DNA of 64,000 bases from Collinsella sp. (GCA_048323995.1 DBFELT010000005.1:1892-65891); one strand, 5' to 3'. Positions 1-9,460 are shown, numbered from the stretch's first letter. Numbers and translations are program-made. The notes: generated from the letters alone by a model not told the origin.

Positions 1-1550
1 CGGTTTATGTGACGTTGGAACCCTGCTGCATGTGCGCGGGCCTTATGGTCAACGCGCGCGTGGGGCGCTGCGTGTATGGCGCGAGTGATGCCAAGGCGGG
101 CGCGCTGGGTTCGCTGTATGACCTGAATGCCGACTCGCGCCTGAATCATCGGTTTAACGTGACGGCTGGGGTCCTGGCGGATGAATGCCGCGAGCTGCTG
201 AGTAGCTATTTTGGCGGTCTGCGCGGAGCGGGCGGCGCTGATTGCGGTTGTGGGGCCGATCTTGAAGCACACGCCGCTCACGCCGCAGCGCTTGCAGGTG
301 CCGGTGAGGATGCTGGCACGGCGGTTGACTTTGGTCCTGCGTGCCGCCGACCCCGCCGTGTGCTGTTGGCGATCGACTCCTTTAAGGGCAGCGTTTCGAG
401 CGCGCAGGCGGAGGCGGCGGTTGCCGAAGGCGTGCGCCGCGTTTGGCCCGATGCCGAGGTGCGCGCATTGCCGCTGGCAGATGGTGGCGAGGGAACGCTC
501 GATGCCGTTGCCGCCTGCGGTGGCGAGCTCTCAACCTGCGAGGTCGCAGGGCCCTTGGGCGACCGCGTGTCTGCCCGGATGCTGGTTGATGTCGAGCACA
601 AGTCCGCGGTCATCGAGATGGCCGAGGCGGCCGGCATTGGGTATTCGCCTTGTACGGAGTCGGCGGCGTTGGCGGCCACAACCTATGGCGTGGGCGAGCT
701 CATGCTTCGCGCGGTTCGCATGGGCGCAAAGACACTCTATATTGGTCTGGGCGGCAGCGCCACCAACGACGGTGGCGCCGGCATGCTGCAGGCGCTGGGC
801 GCGCGTGTGGTCGATGATCAGGACTGCGATGTCGCCCCCGGTCTTGCCGGCCTTGAGCAGGTGGCGAGCGTTGATTTGGCGCCCGCGCTGCAGGCTTTGG
901 ATGATGCTCGCATCGTTGTGCTTTCGGATGTCGAGAATCCGCTCGTGGGGCGTCGAGGCGCACTGGCGGTGTTTGGCGGGCAGAAGGGCCTGCCGGCGGA
1001 TGATGTCGAGGTGCTGCGCAGATACGACGGCTGGATGGTCGGCTACGGTCGCTTGCTCGATGCGGCGATTGCCAGAGCTCGAGCCCAGGGGTTGTTGCGC
1101 ACACCCGAGGGCGCACGGACATTTGGCTCGGTGCTCGGTGTACCCGGCGCGGGCGCTGCCGGTGGCTTGGGCGCGGCGTTGCTGGCGCTCGGCGCGGAGC
1201 TACGCTCGGGTGTGGAGACGGTGCTCGACCTCGTGGGGTTTGACGAGCGCGTGCGCGATGTCGACCTGGTCATAACGGGCGAGGGCAATATGGACGAGCA
1301 ATCCGCCGCCGGTAAGGCACCGGTGGGTGTGGCTCGTCGTGCGAAGCGATATGGCAAGCCGGTGGTCGCCGTCGTGGGCGGTCGCGCCGTCAACCTGGAC
1401 GCGGTATATGGGCAGGGTATTGACTTGGTTTTGCCGATTTGCCGCAAGCCCATGGACCTGGAACGGGCACTCGATTCGCAAGAAGCCACAACCAACCTCA
1501 TCTGTGCCGGCGAGGCAGCCGCCCAATCCTACGACCTCGCTCGCCTCTAA
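1..1550 (+). CDS. tadA: Fusion of tRNA adenosine deaminase TadA (C-terminal part; 5' end outside the window) and glycerate kinase (GlxK/GarK family)
   Basis: TLEPCCMCAG...GASDAKAGALGS...LNHR motifs of TadA; then LLAIDSFKGS, PLADGGEGT, GLGGSATNDGGAGM, GAGAAGGLG and ITGEG motifs of glycerate kinase, all in one frame. Confidence 0.85.
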   Translation, partial: VYVTLEPCCMCAGLMVNARVGRCVYGASDAKAGALGSLYDLNADSRLNHRFNVTAGVLADECRELLSSYFGGLRGAGGADCGCGADLEAHAAHAAALAGAGEDAGTAVDFGPACRRPRRVLLAIDSFKGSVSSAQAEAAVAEGVRRVWPDAEVRALPLADGGEGTLDAVAACGGELSTCEVAGPLGDRVSARMLVDVEHKSAVIEMAEAAGIGYSPCTESAALAATTYGVGELMLRAVRMGAKTLYIGLGGSATNDGGAGMLQALGARVVDDQDCDVAPGLAGLEQVASVDLAPALQALDDARIVVLSDVENPLVGRRGALAVFGGQKGLPADDVEVLRRYDGWMVGYGRLLDAAIARARAQGLLRTPEGARTFGSVLGVPGAGAAGGLGAALLALGAELRSGVETVLDLVGFDERVRDVDLVITGEGNMDEQSAAGKAPVGVARRAKRYGKPVVAVVGGRAVNLDAVYGQGIDLVLPICRKPMDLERALDSQEATTNLICAGEAAAQSYDLARL

Positions 1551-1565
1551 GGCCTATCTCCCTAT

Positions 1566-1634
1566 AAGTTGCGGTGAAATACGGAGTGTTTTTGCCTTTA
1601 AGGTGCCAATTCAGTCCGTATTCCACCGCAACTT
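1566..1634. repeat. Imperfect palindromic repeat (copy 1; copy 2 at 18317-18384)
   Basis: agttgcggtgaaatacgga...cagtccgtattccaccgcaact; arms nearly identical to those at 18317-18384. Confidence 0.75.
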
Positions 1635-1679
1635 CGAGAATGTCCATTCGAGGTTGGCTGCCTTGTGCCTTGGGTCGGA

Positions 1680-1875
1680 CCGCCTGCCACGAAACGTGGC
1701 CATCTACTACGTTAAACCGGCCACCCTCGACCATTCCGGAATTTGCAAAACAAAACCGCAGGTAGAAAGCTTGCCGATTTTCGAAAAAGTCGGCTATGGT
1801 TGACCCCTGTGGCCTAAACGTAGTAGATGGGCCCTTTCTGTGGTGCGGCACCAAGCCGGTCATTTTGGGATGGGA
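1680..1875. repeat. Dispersed ~200 bp intergenic repeat (copy 1; inverted copy at ~25340-25530)
   Basis: Reverse complement aligns with 25340-25530 (tctactacgttt, gaaaatcggcaagc, tacctgcggtttt, aacgtagtagat). Confidence 0.8.
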
Positions 1876-1954
1876 CTATTTTGACTACTCATTGGCTGCT
1901 CTGGCAATCGGGCTGCAAAAGTAGTCAAAAAAGCTCCGTCCCAAATTAGCTACC

Positions 1955-1983
1955 TTGCTCTGGCGGGCGGGAGCAGGTAAGAT
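1955..1983 (+). promoter_or_regulatory. Sigma70-type promoter of the SRP RNA gene
   Basis: TTGCTC (1955-1960), 17-nt spacer, TAAGAT (1978-1983), immediately upstream of the RNA. Confidence 0.6.
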
Positions 1984-1989
1984 ATACCG

Positions 1990-2110
1990 AGCGCCTAGCG
2001 CGTTCGATGGGTTCGGATGACGACATGTTCCGAATCTGGTCAGGTCCGGAAGGAAGCAGCCATAAGGAGCCTCTGTCGGGCATCCGAATCCATCGAGCGC
2101 ACGGGCGTTT
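1990..2110 (+). ncRNA. ffs: Signal recognition particle RNA (small bacterial SRP, 4.5S)
   Basis: Conserved domain IV motif TCAGGTCCGGAAGGAAGCAGC (2040-2060) inside a long hairpin (gcgcgttcgatgggttcggatg / catccgaatccatcgagcgc), followed by a T run; lies downstream of tadA as in Bacillus tadA-scr. Confidence 0.92.
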
Positions 2111-2363
2111 TTTGGTGCCGCGACATGGCCCGGCCGGCGGCGAGGTATTTGGTGTCTCGCTGGTCCTCGGCTTCGCCTGCGGGATCGCTCGACTACCAAA
2201 CACCTCGCCGCCGGTCGGGCCCCGTCGTTCAAAAATCACCCGTAAAGGCGCGTTTATCTAATTAAATCTATCCCTTGCGGAATGCGGCTTGCTGGTGTTG
2301 TCTGGGCATTGAAGGCTATGTGGTTCAAGAGGCGGCGGTGCTGTTGCTTGAATTTTTACAGTT

Positions 2364-2406
2364 AAAGAGGCCCGTTTCCCTGGGTTGGGGAAACGGGCCT
2401 CTTTTT
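2364..2406. terminator. Intrinsic terminator downstream of surface protein gene A
   Basis: aaagaggcccgtttccc-loop-gggaaacgggcctctttt. Confidence 0.75.
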
Positions 2407-2449
2407 GTCTCTGGGTTTGTGGATTGGCGAAGGTAGTATGCTTTGGCGG

Positions 2450-3463
2450 CTATTTTGAGTTCTTGAGGCGGCGTGTGGCTGTGGCGGTTATTCCGAGGCC
2501 TGCGGCGGCGACTGCTGCGAGTGCGATTGCGCTCGGCGCTGCATCGCCCGTGTTCGCGAGCTTGCCGGCGGTCGTATCTGCTTGCTTGCCGCTGCTCGAG
2601 TTCGCCTGCTTGGTGGAGCTTGGCGGGGTATTTTTGCCGGTCGCGGACGAGCCGGTGGGCTGTGTCGTCTCGGTCGGTTGCGCTGAGCCGGAGGGAGGTG
2701 TTGTCTCGGTGGGTTTTGTTATCTCGGGTGAGGCGGCCTTATCTGCTGCGGCTTTTGCCTCTTCGTATGCCTTGCAGGCATCGTCATAGGCCGTTTGCGC
2801 CTTTTTCAAATCGTCGAGGAGCGCATCTCGCTTGGCTATGTCCTCATCGATGTGGGCTTTAGCTTCCTCCGCCTCACTTTCGGAATCCTGAACCTGTCTT
2901 TCCTGGCTTTCGAGCCGGCGTCGGTAGGAGTGAAGATCATCTTCACAAGATTTCTCTCGCCTTTCTGCCGACATGATCTCACGTCGCAACTGCTTAATAT
3001 GCTCTTTAGTAGCTGTGCTGGGCTCCTCGTCGCCGAGTGCTTCAAGTGCCTTATCTAATTCTGCCTGAAGGCCGCTTGTCCGGCTGTGGGCCTCATCGTA
3101 TTTGGCTTGGGCTGCATCGACGTTCGCTTGCATGGCGGGAAGGCGTTCCCTCCGTTTGGCGGCTTCCGTCACCACCATGTCGTAGATCTCTTGAAAAGCG
3201 GCAATGTCATCATCGATTGCCGCAAGTTTCTCGGGACTTGCGGCAACTTTTGCGGCCTCGAGGGTTTTGAGCGCTTCCTGCATGGCTGCATACGCTTTTT
3301 CTTTTGCGGCGGCCGCATCTTCCGTCTGCAAGGCAACTGCACCGGTGGGGGAACTGGTTTCTGCCGCAATTGCCGTTACGGGGGCGATTCCCGCGACAAG
3401 TGCCGCGGAAAGGGCGATGCCCACGGTTGCTCGTCTTGCTCTTCTTGCGAGAATGTCGTTCAT
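2450..3463 (-). CDS. Cell-wall-anchored coiled-coil surface protein, paralogue A
   Basis: Signal peptide (RRARR, hydrophobic core, AIA-AE), heptad-like helical centre, Pro/Thr/Ser stalk, LANTG motif, hydrophobic segment and RRLKNSK tail. Confidence 0.88.
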   Translation of the reverse strand: MNDILARRARRATVGIALSAALVAGIAPVTAIAAETSSPTGAVALQTEDAAAAKEKAYAAMQEALKTLEAAKVAASPEKLAAIDDDIAAFQEIYDMVVTEAAKRRERLPAMQANVDAAQAKYDEAHSRTSGLQAELDKALEALGDEEPSTATKEHIKQLRREIMSAERREKSCEDDLHSYRRRLESQERQVQDSESEAEEAKAHIDEDIAKRDALLDDLKKAQTAYDDACKAYEEAKAAADKAASPEITKPTETTPPSGSAQPTETTQPTGSSATGKNTPPSSTKQANSSSGKQADTTAGKLANTGDAAPSAIALAAVAAAGLGITATATRRLKNSK

Positions 3464-3677
3464 CTCGGCACCTCATTTCAAGGGTCGGCGACTAACTTGG
3501 TAGCACTACTGTAAGTATATCAGGCGGTTTGCCCGCCATTGATCGGGCGTGCGCGTATACCCCTTGATTAACAGCCATTAAATCTATCCCTTAAGGAACG
3601 CGGCTTGCTAGTGTTGTCTGGGCATTGATGGCTACGTGGTTCAAGAGACGGCGGCATTACCATCTGTTTTTACAAGT

Positions 3678-3720
3678 AAAGAGGTCCGTTTCCCTGGGTT
3701 GGGGAAACGGACCTCTTTTT
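3678..3720. terminator. Intrinsic terminator downstream of surface protein gene B
   Basis: aaagaggtccgtttccc-loop-gggaaacggacctcttttt; compensatory change relative to the copy at 2364. Confidence 0.75.
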
Positions 3721-3763
3721 GTCTCTTGGCTTGTGGATTGGCGAAGACAATAACCGCTGGCAG

Positions 3764-4831
3764 CTATTTTGGGTTCCTGAGGCGGCGTGTGGCCGTGGCG
3801 GTTATTCCGAGTCCTGCGGCGGCGACTGCTGCGAGTGCGATTGCGCTCGGCGCTGCATCGCCCGTGTTCGCGAGCTTGCCGGCGGTCGTATCTGCTTGCT
3901 TGCCGCTGCTCGTGTTCGCCTGCTTGGTGGAGCTCGATGGGGCGTCTTTGCCGGTTGCAGGTGAGGCAACGGGCGGTGTCGCCTCGGCGGGTTGCGTCGA
4001 GCCGGAGGGAGGCACTGTCTCGGTCGGTTTCGTTATCTCGGGCGAGGCGGCCTTGTCTGCCGCGGCCTTTGCCTCTTCGTATGCCTTGCAGGCGTCGTCA
4101 TAGGCCGTTTGCGCTTTTTTCAAATTGTCGAGGAGCGCATCTCGCCAGGCTGTGAACCGGTCGATATCGGCTTTATATTTCTCTACAGCACGTTCACAGT
4201 CATTAACTCGTCTTTCCTCTCTTCTGAGGCGGTACTGGAACTCGCGGAGCTCCGTTTCGCAATAGTTTACGTGCGTTTTTGCCGATATGATCTCACTGTG
4301 CAACTGCTTTATTTGCTGTTTAGTAGTTTCGACAAACTCCTCGTAGCCGAGTGCTTCGAGTGTCTTAAGCATCTCATGTTTCTTCTCTAATTCTGCCTGG
4401 AGCTCGCTTACCCGGTTGATGGCCCCGTCGTATTTGGCTTGGGCAGCATCGACGTCCGCTTGCATGGTGGGAAGGAGTTCCCTCCCTTCGGCGGCTTGCG
4501 CCGCCATCTTTTCGCGGTACTCTTGAAAACGGGTAATGTCATCATTGAATCTCGCAATTTTCTCGGGACTTGCGGCGTTTTTTGCGGCCTCGAGGTTTTT
4601 GAGCGCTTCCTGCATGGCTGCATACGCTTTTTCTTTTGCGGCGGCCGCGTCTTCTGTCTGCGGGGCGCCCGAATTGCCGTTGGTGGCGCTCGTCTGCGAA
4701 ACGGCCGCACCGGTGGGGGAACTGGTTTCTGCCGCGATCGCCGTTGCGGGGGCGATTCCCGCGACAAGTGCCGCGGAAAGGGCGATGCCCACAGTTGCTC
4801 GTCTTGCTCTTCTTGCGAGAATGTCGTTCAT
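3764..4831 (-). CDS. Cell-wall-anchored coiled-coil surface protein, paralogue B
   Basis: Same architecture as 2450-3463, with near-identical N-terminus and LANTG anchor. Confidence 0.88.
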   Translation of the reverse strand: MNDILARRARRATVGIALSAALVAGIAPATAIAAETSSPTGAAVSQTSATNGNSGAPQTEDAAAAKEKAYAAMQEALKNLEAAKNAASPEKIARFNDDITRFQEYREKMAAQAAEGRELLPTMQADVDAAQAKYDGAINRVSELQAELEKKHEMLKTLEALGYEEFVETTKQQIKQLHSEIISAKTHVNYCETELREFQYRLRREERRVNDCERAVEKYKADIDRFTAWRDALLDNLKKAQTAYDDACKAYEEAKAAADKAASPEITKPTETVPPSGSTQPAEATPPVASPATGKDAPSSSTKQANTSSGKQADTTAGKLANTGDAAPSAIALAAVAAAGLGITATATRRLRNPK

Positions 4832-5047
4832 CTCGGCACCTCATTTCAAGGGTCGGCGACTAACTTGGTAGCACTAATGTAAATATACCATGCTAGTTGA
4901 CCCGACACTGGCTGGGTGTGCGCGTGCCTTTCCGCTTCTTTGGAAACCGAATCCCATTAGAAATGACGAGTTGTTTACGCTTCTTTTGGGCTCACCGTAC
5001 TATCATGATTCGAATTGAGTGTGAATGATGATAGGGAGCGCCTTTTT

Positions 5048-6922
5048 ATGATTGAGCTGCTCAGGCGTTTTGGTGGTAAGTTTCGCCGGTATATGGTGAT
5101 TGGCCCTGCGTGCAAGTTGATTGAAGTGATCTTTGACCTGCTGACGCCGCTGGTGATTGCCCAGATGATCGATAAAGGTATCGGTGCGCACGACGTGAGT
5201 GCCGTCGTCCGCTACGGCATGGTGCTCGCCGCCATGGCTGTAATCGGCATCTCGTTTACGCTTGTTTGCCAGAAGATGGCGGCGCTCACCTCGCAGGGCA
5301 TGGGTACTGACATTCGCGGCGCACTCTACCAGCACATCAACAAGCTGAGCTATGCCGAACTCGATCGCTTTGGCACGCCGTCGCTCATTACGCGTATTAC
5401 CAACGACGTCAACCAGGTGCAGCTCGCCGTGGCGCTGGGCGTGCGCATGCTCATCCGCTGGCCTTTCCTGGCGGTGGGCTCCATGGTCGCGGCCCTTGCC
5501 ATCGACCTTAAGCTCGGCATGATCTTTTTGATTTGCACGCCCGCCATCGGCCTGGTGTTTTGGCTTGTCATGGCGCACTGCATCCCGTACTACAAGCAGC
5601 TGCAGGCAAAGCTCGATCGCATCGCGCTTATTTGCCGCGAGGGGCTTTCGGGCGCCCGCGTGGTCCGGGCGTTTGTGCGCGAGGGTCACGAGCGCGAGCG
5701 TTTTGCCCAGGCGGCCGATGACCAGGCGCGTGTCGCGATCGCGGTGGGCAAGCTCTCGTCGATCCTCAACCCCGTCACGTTTTTGGTGATGAACCTGGGC
5801 GTGTGCGCCATCCTGTGGGTGGGCGGCATCCAGGTCAACGTGGGCGAGCTCACGCAGGGCCAGGTCATGGCGTTTGTGAACTACATGACGCAGACCCTGA
5901 CCTCCATCGTGTACGTCGCCAACCTGGTCGTGGTCTTTACCAAGGCGAGCGCCAGCGCGTCGCGCATCAATGAGGTGCTCAACTGCGAGCCGAGCATCAC
6001 CGACGAGGGCAACCAGCCGGTCGCGCTGCCCGAGCCGAGCGAACTGGCGGGTGGTGCTGCTCCAGTCCCCGCACTGAGCTTTGACCATGCGAGCTTCTCG
6101 TTTGGCGCCGGCGCGGCAAATGCCGTGAGCGATGTGACTCTGGAACTGCCGCTGGGCAAAACGCTCGGCATTATCGGTGGCACGGGCAGCGGCAAGTCCA
6201 CGCTCGTCTCGCTTATCCCGCGCCTGTACGATGCGGGCACCGGCAGCGTGTGCGTGATGGGTGCCGACGTGCGCGCTTGGCCGCTCGACCAGCTGCGCCA
6301 TGTGGTTGCGACTGTTCCGCAGCGTGCGTCGCTGGTGAGCGGCACTATCCGCAGCAACCTGACCTGGCGCGACGAGGCGGCAACCGACGAGGATCTTTGG
6401 GCGGCGCTCGATATGGCGCAGGCGAGCGAGTTCGTGCACAACAAGCCCCAGGGCCTCGACGCCCCGGTCGAGGCGGGCGGCAAGAACTTCAGCGGCGGAC
6501 AACGTCAGCGCCTGACCATCGCACGTGCCCTGGTGGGCGCTCCGCAGGTCCTGATCATGGATGACTCCGCGTCGGCGCTCGACTTTAAGACTGACGCGGC
6601 GCTTCGCCATGCCATTCGCGAGCGCAGCGTGCGCGGTGCCGCCGAGGGCGGGCTGCCGCTGACGACTGTCATCGTGAGCCAGCGCGTCTCGACCGTGCGC
6701 GATGCCGACATGATCTGCGTACTCGACCACGGCTCGGTTGCGGGCCTGGGCACGCATGACGAGCTGTACGCGACCTGCCAGCTCTATCGCGAGATCTGCC
6801 AGTCGCAGCTGCGCCGCGAGGAGCTCGAGGGCCAGCAGGGGAGTGTGGCGCCCACGTCCGTCCCAAGTCCCGCGTCCGCCCCGGCTGCCCCGGCATCCAC
6901 TTGCGCAAAGGAGGGCTGCTAA
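5048..6922 (+). CDS. ABC exporter half-transporter (TMD+NBD), MdlA-like, degenerate site
   Basis: Six-TM domain; GGTGSGKS; NFSGGQRQRL; IMDDSASALD; SQR instead of the H-loop. Confidence 0.9.
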   Translation: MIELLRRFGGKFRRYMVIGPACKLIEVIFDLLTPLVIAQMIDKGIGAHDVSAVVRYGMVLAAMAVIGISFTLVCQKMAALTSQGMGTDIRGALYQHINKLSYAELDRFGTPSLITRITNDVNQVQLAVALGVRMLIRWPFLAVGSMVAALAIDLKLGMIFLICTPAIGLVFWLVMAHCIPYYKQLQAKLDRIALICREGLSGARVVRAFVREGHERERFAQAADDQARVAIAVGKLSSILNPVTFLVMNLGVCAILWVGGIQVNVGELTQGQVMAFVNYMTQTLTSIVYVANLVVVFTKASASASRINEVLNCEPSITDEGNQPVALPEPSELAGGAAPVPALSFDHASFSFGAGAANAVSDVTLELPLGKTLGIIGGTGSGKSTLVSLIPRLYDAGTGSVCVMGADVRAWPLDQLRHVVATVPQRASLVSGTIRSNLTWRDEAATDEDLWAALDMAQASEFVHNKPQGLDAPVEAGGKNFSGGQRQRLTIARALVGAPQVLIMDDSASALDFKTDAALRHAIRERSVRGAAEGGLPLTTVIVSQRVSTVRDADMICVLDHGSVAGLGTHDELYATCQLYREICQSQLRREELEGQQGSVAPTSVPSPASAPAAPASTCAKEGC

Positions 6923-8782
6923 ATGAATCCGTACACTTCCTCCGGTTCGGTCGCCACGATGACGGCCAACGTGTCCGGTAACGATAACCTCAACGACCTG
7001 GGCGACGGTCCGCGCCAGCCCGGCGACCCTGAGCGCTATCCCGTGGGTGCGGTGACCCGCCGCCTGATGGGCTACGTCCGTCCGCATCGTATCTCGTTTA
7101 CGGCGTCGTTTGTGAGTGCCGCCGTCTCGGTGGTCCTGCAGCTCTACACACCCATCCTCATTGGCGAGGGCATCGACCTGATCGTTGCCGCGGGCCAGGT
7201 GGACTTCGATGCGCTGCTGCCGCTCGTTACCAAACTCGCGCTCGTCGTGGTGGGAGCTGCGGCCTTCCAGTGGCTGCAGGGCTACTGCGTCAACCGCCTG
7301 TCCTACGAAACGGTGCGTGACATGCGCGTGGAGGCGAGCGACAAGCTCAGCCGCATGCCGCTCAGCTTTATCGACAGCCATGCCCACGGCGACCTCATGA
7401 GCCGTGTGGTCAACGATGTCGACCAGGTGGGCGACGGTCTGCTGCAGGGCTTTACCCAGCTTTTCACCGGCGTCATCACCATCGTGGGCACGCTTGCGTT
7501 TATGCTTTCCATCAACCTGACCATGACGCTCGTGGTGGTGCTCGTCACGCCGCTTTCCATTTTTGCAGCCGGCGCCATCGCCAAGCTCTCCAACAAGAGC
7601 TTTACGGCACAGCAGCGTATTCAAGGGCAGCTCGGTGGTCATATTGAGGAGTACGTAGGCGAGCAGAAGCTTGTCGACGCCTTTGCCTACGGCCCGAACG
7701 CCCAAGCGCGCTTCGCTGCCCTCAATGCCGAGCTCTACACCGCGGGTGAGCGCGCGCAGTTTATGGGTTCGCTCTCCAACCCCGGTACGCGCTTTATTAA
7801 CAACATCATCTATGCCGTGGTCGCTGTGATCGGCTGCGTGGGCGTGATCACGGGCGTGCCCGCGGCGCTTACGGTGGGCGGCGTGCAGATTTTCCTGTCC
7901 TATGCTAACCAGTACACCAAGCCGTTCAACGAGGTCACCAACGTCATTACGCAGATCCAGACGGCGTACGCCTCGGCGCGCCGCATGTTCGCGCTGCTCG
8001 ATGCACGCGAGCAGGAGCCCGATGCGCCAGATGCCGTTGAGCTTGCCGCCCCGCAGGGCGAGGTGACCTTTGAACACGTGGACTTTAGCTACGTTCCCGA
8101 CCGCAAGCTGCTGCAGGACATCTGCATCGAGGCTAAGCCCGGCATGCGTTTTGCCCTGGTCGGTCCTACGGGCTGTGGCAAGACAACGCTCATCAATTTG
8201 CTGCTGCGGTTTTACGATATCGATGCCGGACGCATCATGGTCGATGGCCGGTCTTCGCGTGATTACACGCGCGCGAGCCTGCGCCGTGCCTTTGGCATGG
8301 TGTTGCAGGATACGTGGCTGTTCGAGGGCACGGTGGCGGATAATATCGCCTACGGCTGTCCCGACGCCACGCGCGAGCAGGTCATCGAAGCCGCCAAGCG
8401 CGCGCACGCGCACAAGTTTATCGTGCAGCTACCAGGCGGCTACGATACGGTAATCGGTGAGGACGGCGGCACGTTTAGCCAGGGCCAAAAGCAGCTGCTG
8501 TGCATTGCGCGCGTCATGCTCACCGACCCGGCTATCTTGCTGCTGGACGAGGCGACCTCGAGTATCGACACGCGCACCGAGCTGCAAGTGCAGGCGGCAT
8601 TCGACGAGCTCATGGCCGGTCGCACGAGCTTTGTCGTAGCGCACCGCCTGTCGACGATTCGCAACGCCGACTGCATTCTGGTCATGCGCGACGGCGAGAT
8701 TATCGAGCGCGGCACGCACGACGAGCTGCTGGCGGCAGGCGGCTTCTACGCCGAACTCTACCGCAGCCAATTCGCCCAGTGA
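6923..8782 (+). CDS. ABC exporter half-transporter (TMD+NBD), MdlB-like
   Basis: GPTGCGKT; FSQGQKQLL; LLDEATSSID; AHRLST. Confidence 0.9.
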   Translation: MNPYTSSGSVATMTANVSGNDNLNDLGDGPRQPGDPERYPVGAVTRRLMGYVRPHRISFTASFVSAAVSVVLQLYTPILIGEGIDLIVAAGQVDFDALLPLVTKLALVVVGAAAFQWLQGYCVNRLSYETVRDMRVEASDKLSRMPLSFIDSHAHGDLMSRVVNDVDQVGDGLLQGFTQLFTGVITIVGTLAFMLSINLTMTLVVVLVTPLSIFAAGAIAKLSNKSFTAQQRIQGQLGGHIEEYVGEQKLVDAFAYGPNAQARFAALNAELYTAGERAQFMGSLSNPGTRFINNIIYAVVAVIGCVGVITGVPAALTVGGVQIFLSYANQYTKPFNEVTNVITQIQTAYASARRMFALLDAREQEPDAPDAVELAAPQGEVTFEHVDFSYVPDRKLLQDICIEAKPGMRFALVGPTGCGKTTLINLLLRFYDIDAGRIMVDGRSSRDYTRASLRRAFGMVLQDTWLFEGTVADNIAYGCPDATREQVIEAAKRAHAHKFIVQLPGGYDTVIGEDGGTFSQGQKQLLCIARVMLTDPAILLLDEATSSIDTRTELQVQAAFDELMAGRTSFVVAHRLSTIRNADCILVMRDGEIIERGTHDELLAAGGFYAELYRSQFAQ

Positions 8783-8908
8783 GCACGGCCGTGGGGCAAA
8801 TTAATCAATCGACAGACGGTGGTTTACATCTGTCACGTTAGTACTAAGATATTCATCTAATAAATTGCATTAGTGGCTTTAGTTTTGGGGGAAACGAGCA
8901 ACGTGACT

Positions 8909-9460
8909 ATGACATGCTCTTTGGTGGTCAACAGCAAGAGCGGTAATACCAGGATGGTTTCGGGCGCGATCAAGCGCGCTCTGCAGGCTGCGGGCGTTGA
9001 GTTTGTCCATGCCGCGGCATTGAGCGACGATGCGGATGCAGATCAGGTTGCGCTCGAGGCGCAGGGCGCCTGCGCGGCCGACACGGTGCTCGTCGGTTTT
9101 TGGTGCGACAAGGGCGCGTGCACACCTTCGGTCGCGGCGTTGCTCTCCGCTTTGCACGGCAAGCGCGTCTTCCTGTTTGGCACCTGCGGTTTTGGCGCCG
9201 ACCAGAGCTATTACCAGCAGATTATTGATCGCGTAACTTCTAATTTGGCTGGGGATGCCGAGCTTGCGGGCTGGGCGATGTGCCAGGGCAAGATGGGCCC
9301 CGCGGTCAAGCAGCGCTACGAGGCCATGCTCGAGCAAGATCCCGACAACGCGCGCTATAAGATGCTGCTCGACAACTGGGTTGCCGCGAAGGACCATCCC
9401 ACCAAGGAAGATCTGGATAACATGGCCGCAGCCGCCAAAAAGGCCGTGCTGGGGGAGTAG
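8909..9460 (+). CDS. Flavodoxin-like protein (Flavodoxin_3/BilS-like family)
   Basis: SKSGNT FMN-phosphate loop, VGFWCDKG, VFLFGTCG, CQGKM and C-terminal HP motif; start codon approximate. Confidence 0.8.
   Translation: MTCSLVVNSKSGNTRMVSGAIKRALQAAGVEFVHAAALSDDADADQVALEAQGACAADTVLVGFWCDKGACTPSVAALLSALHGKRVFLFGTCGFGADQSYYQQIIDRVTSNLAGDAELAGWAMCQGKMGPAVKQRYEAMLEQDPDNARYKMLLDNWVAAKDHPTKEDLDNMAAAAKKAVLGE

Larger units (their letters stand above)
2261..4925. repeat. Tandem duplication of a ~1.32-1.35 kb unit (promoter, surface protein gene, terminator)
   Basis: Units start at attaaatctatccctt (2261 and 3577); shared upstream segment ctcggcacctcatttcaagggtcggcgactaacttggtagcacta. Confidence 0.85.

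Noticed and set aside
1327..1863. Short ORFs resembling those at 25294-25910 and the tex N-terminal extension
   Set aside because: The similarity comes from the non-coding dispersed repeat, not from genes.
2450..4831. Diversity-generating retroelement TR/VR pair
   Set aside because: Differences between the paralogues are not confined to adenines, both are full genes, and no reverse transcriptase is present.
5003..8413. 1136-aa minus-strand ORF
   Set aside because: Antisense shadow of two clear ABC transporter genes, as expected from high-GC codon bias; no recognisable motifs.
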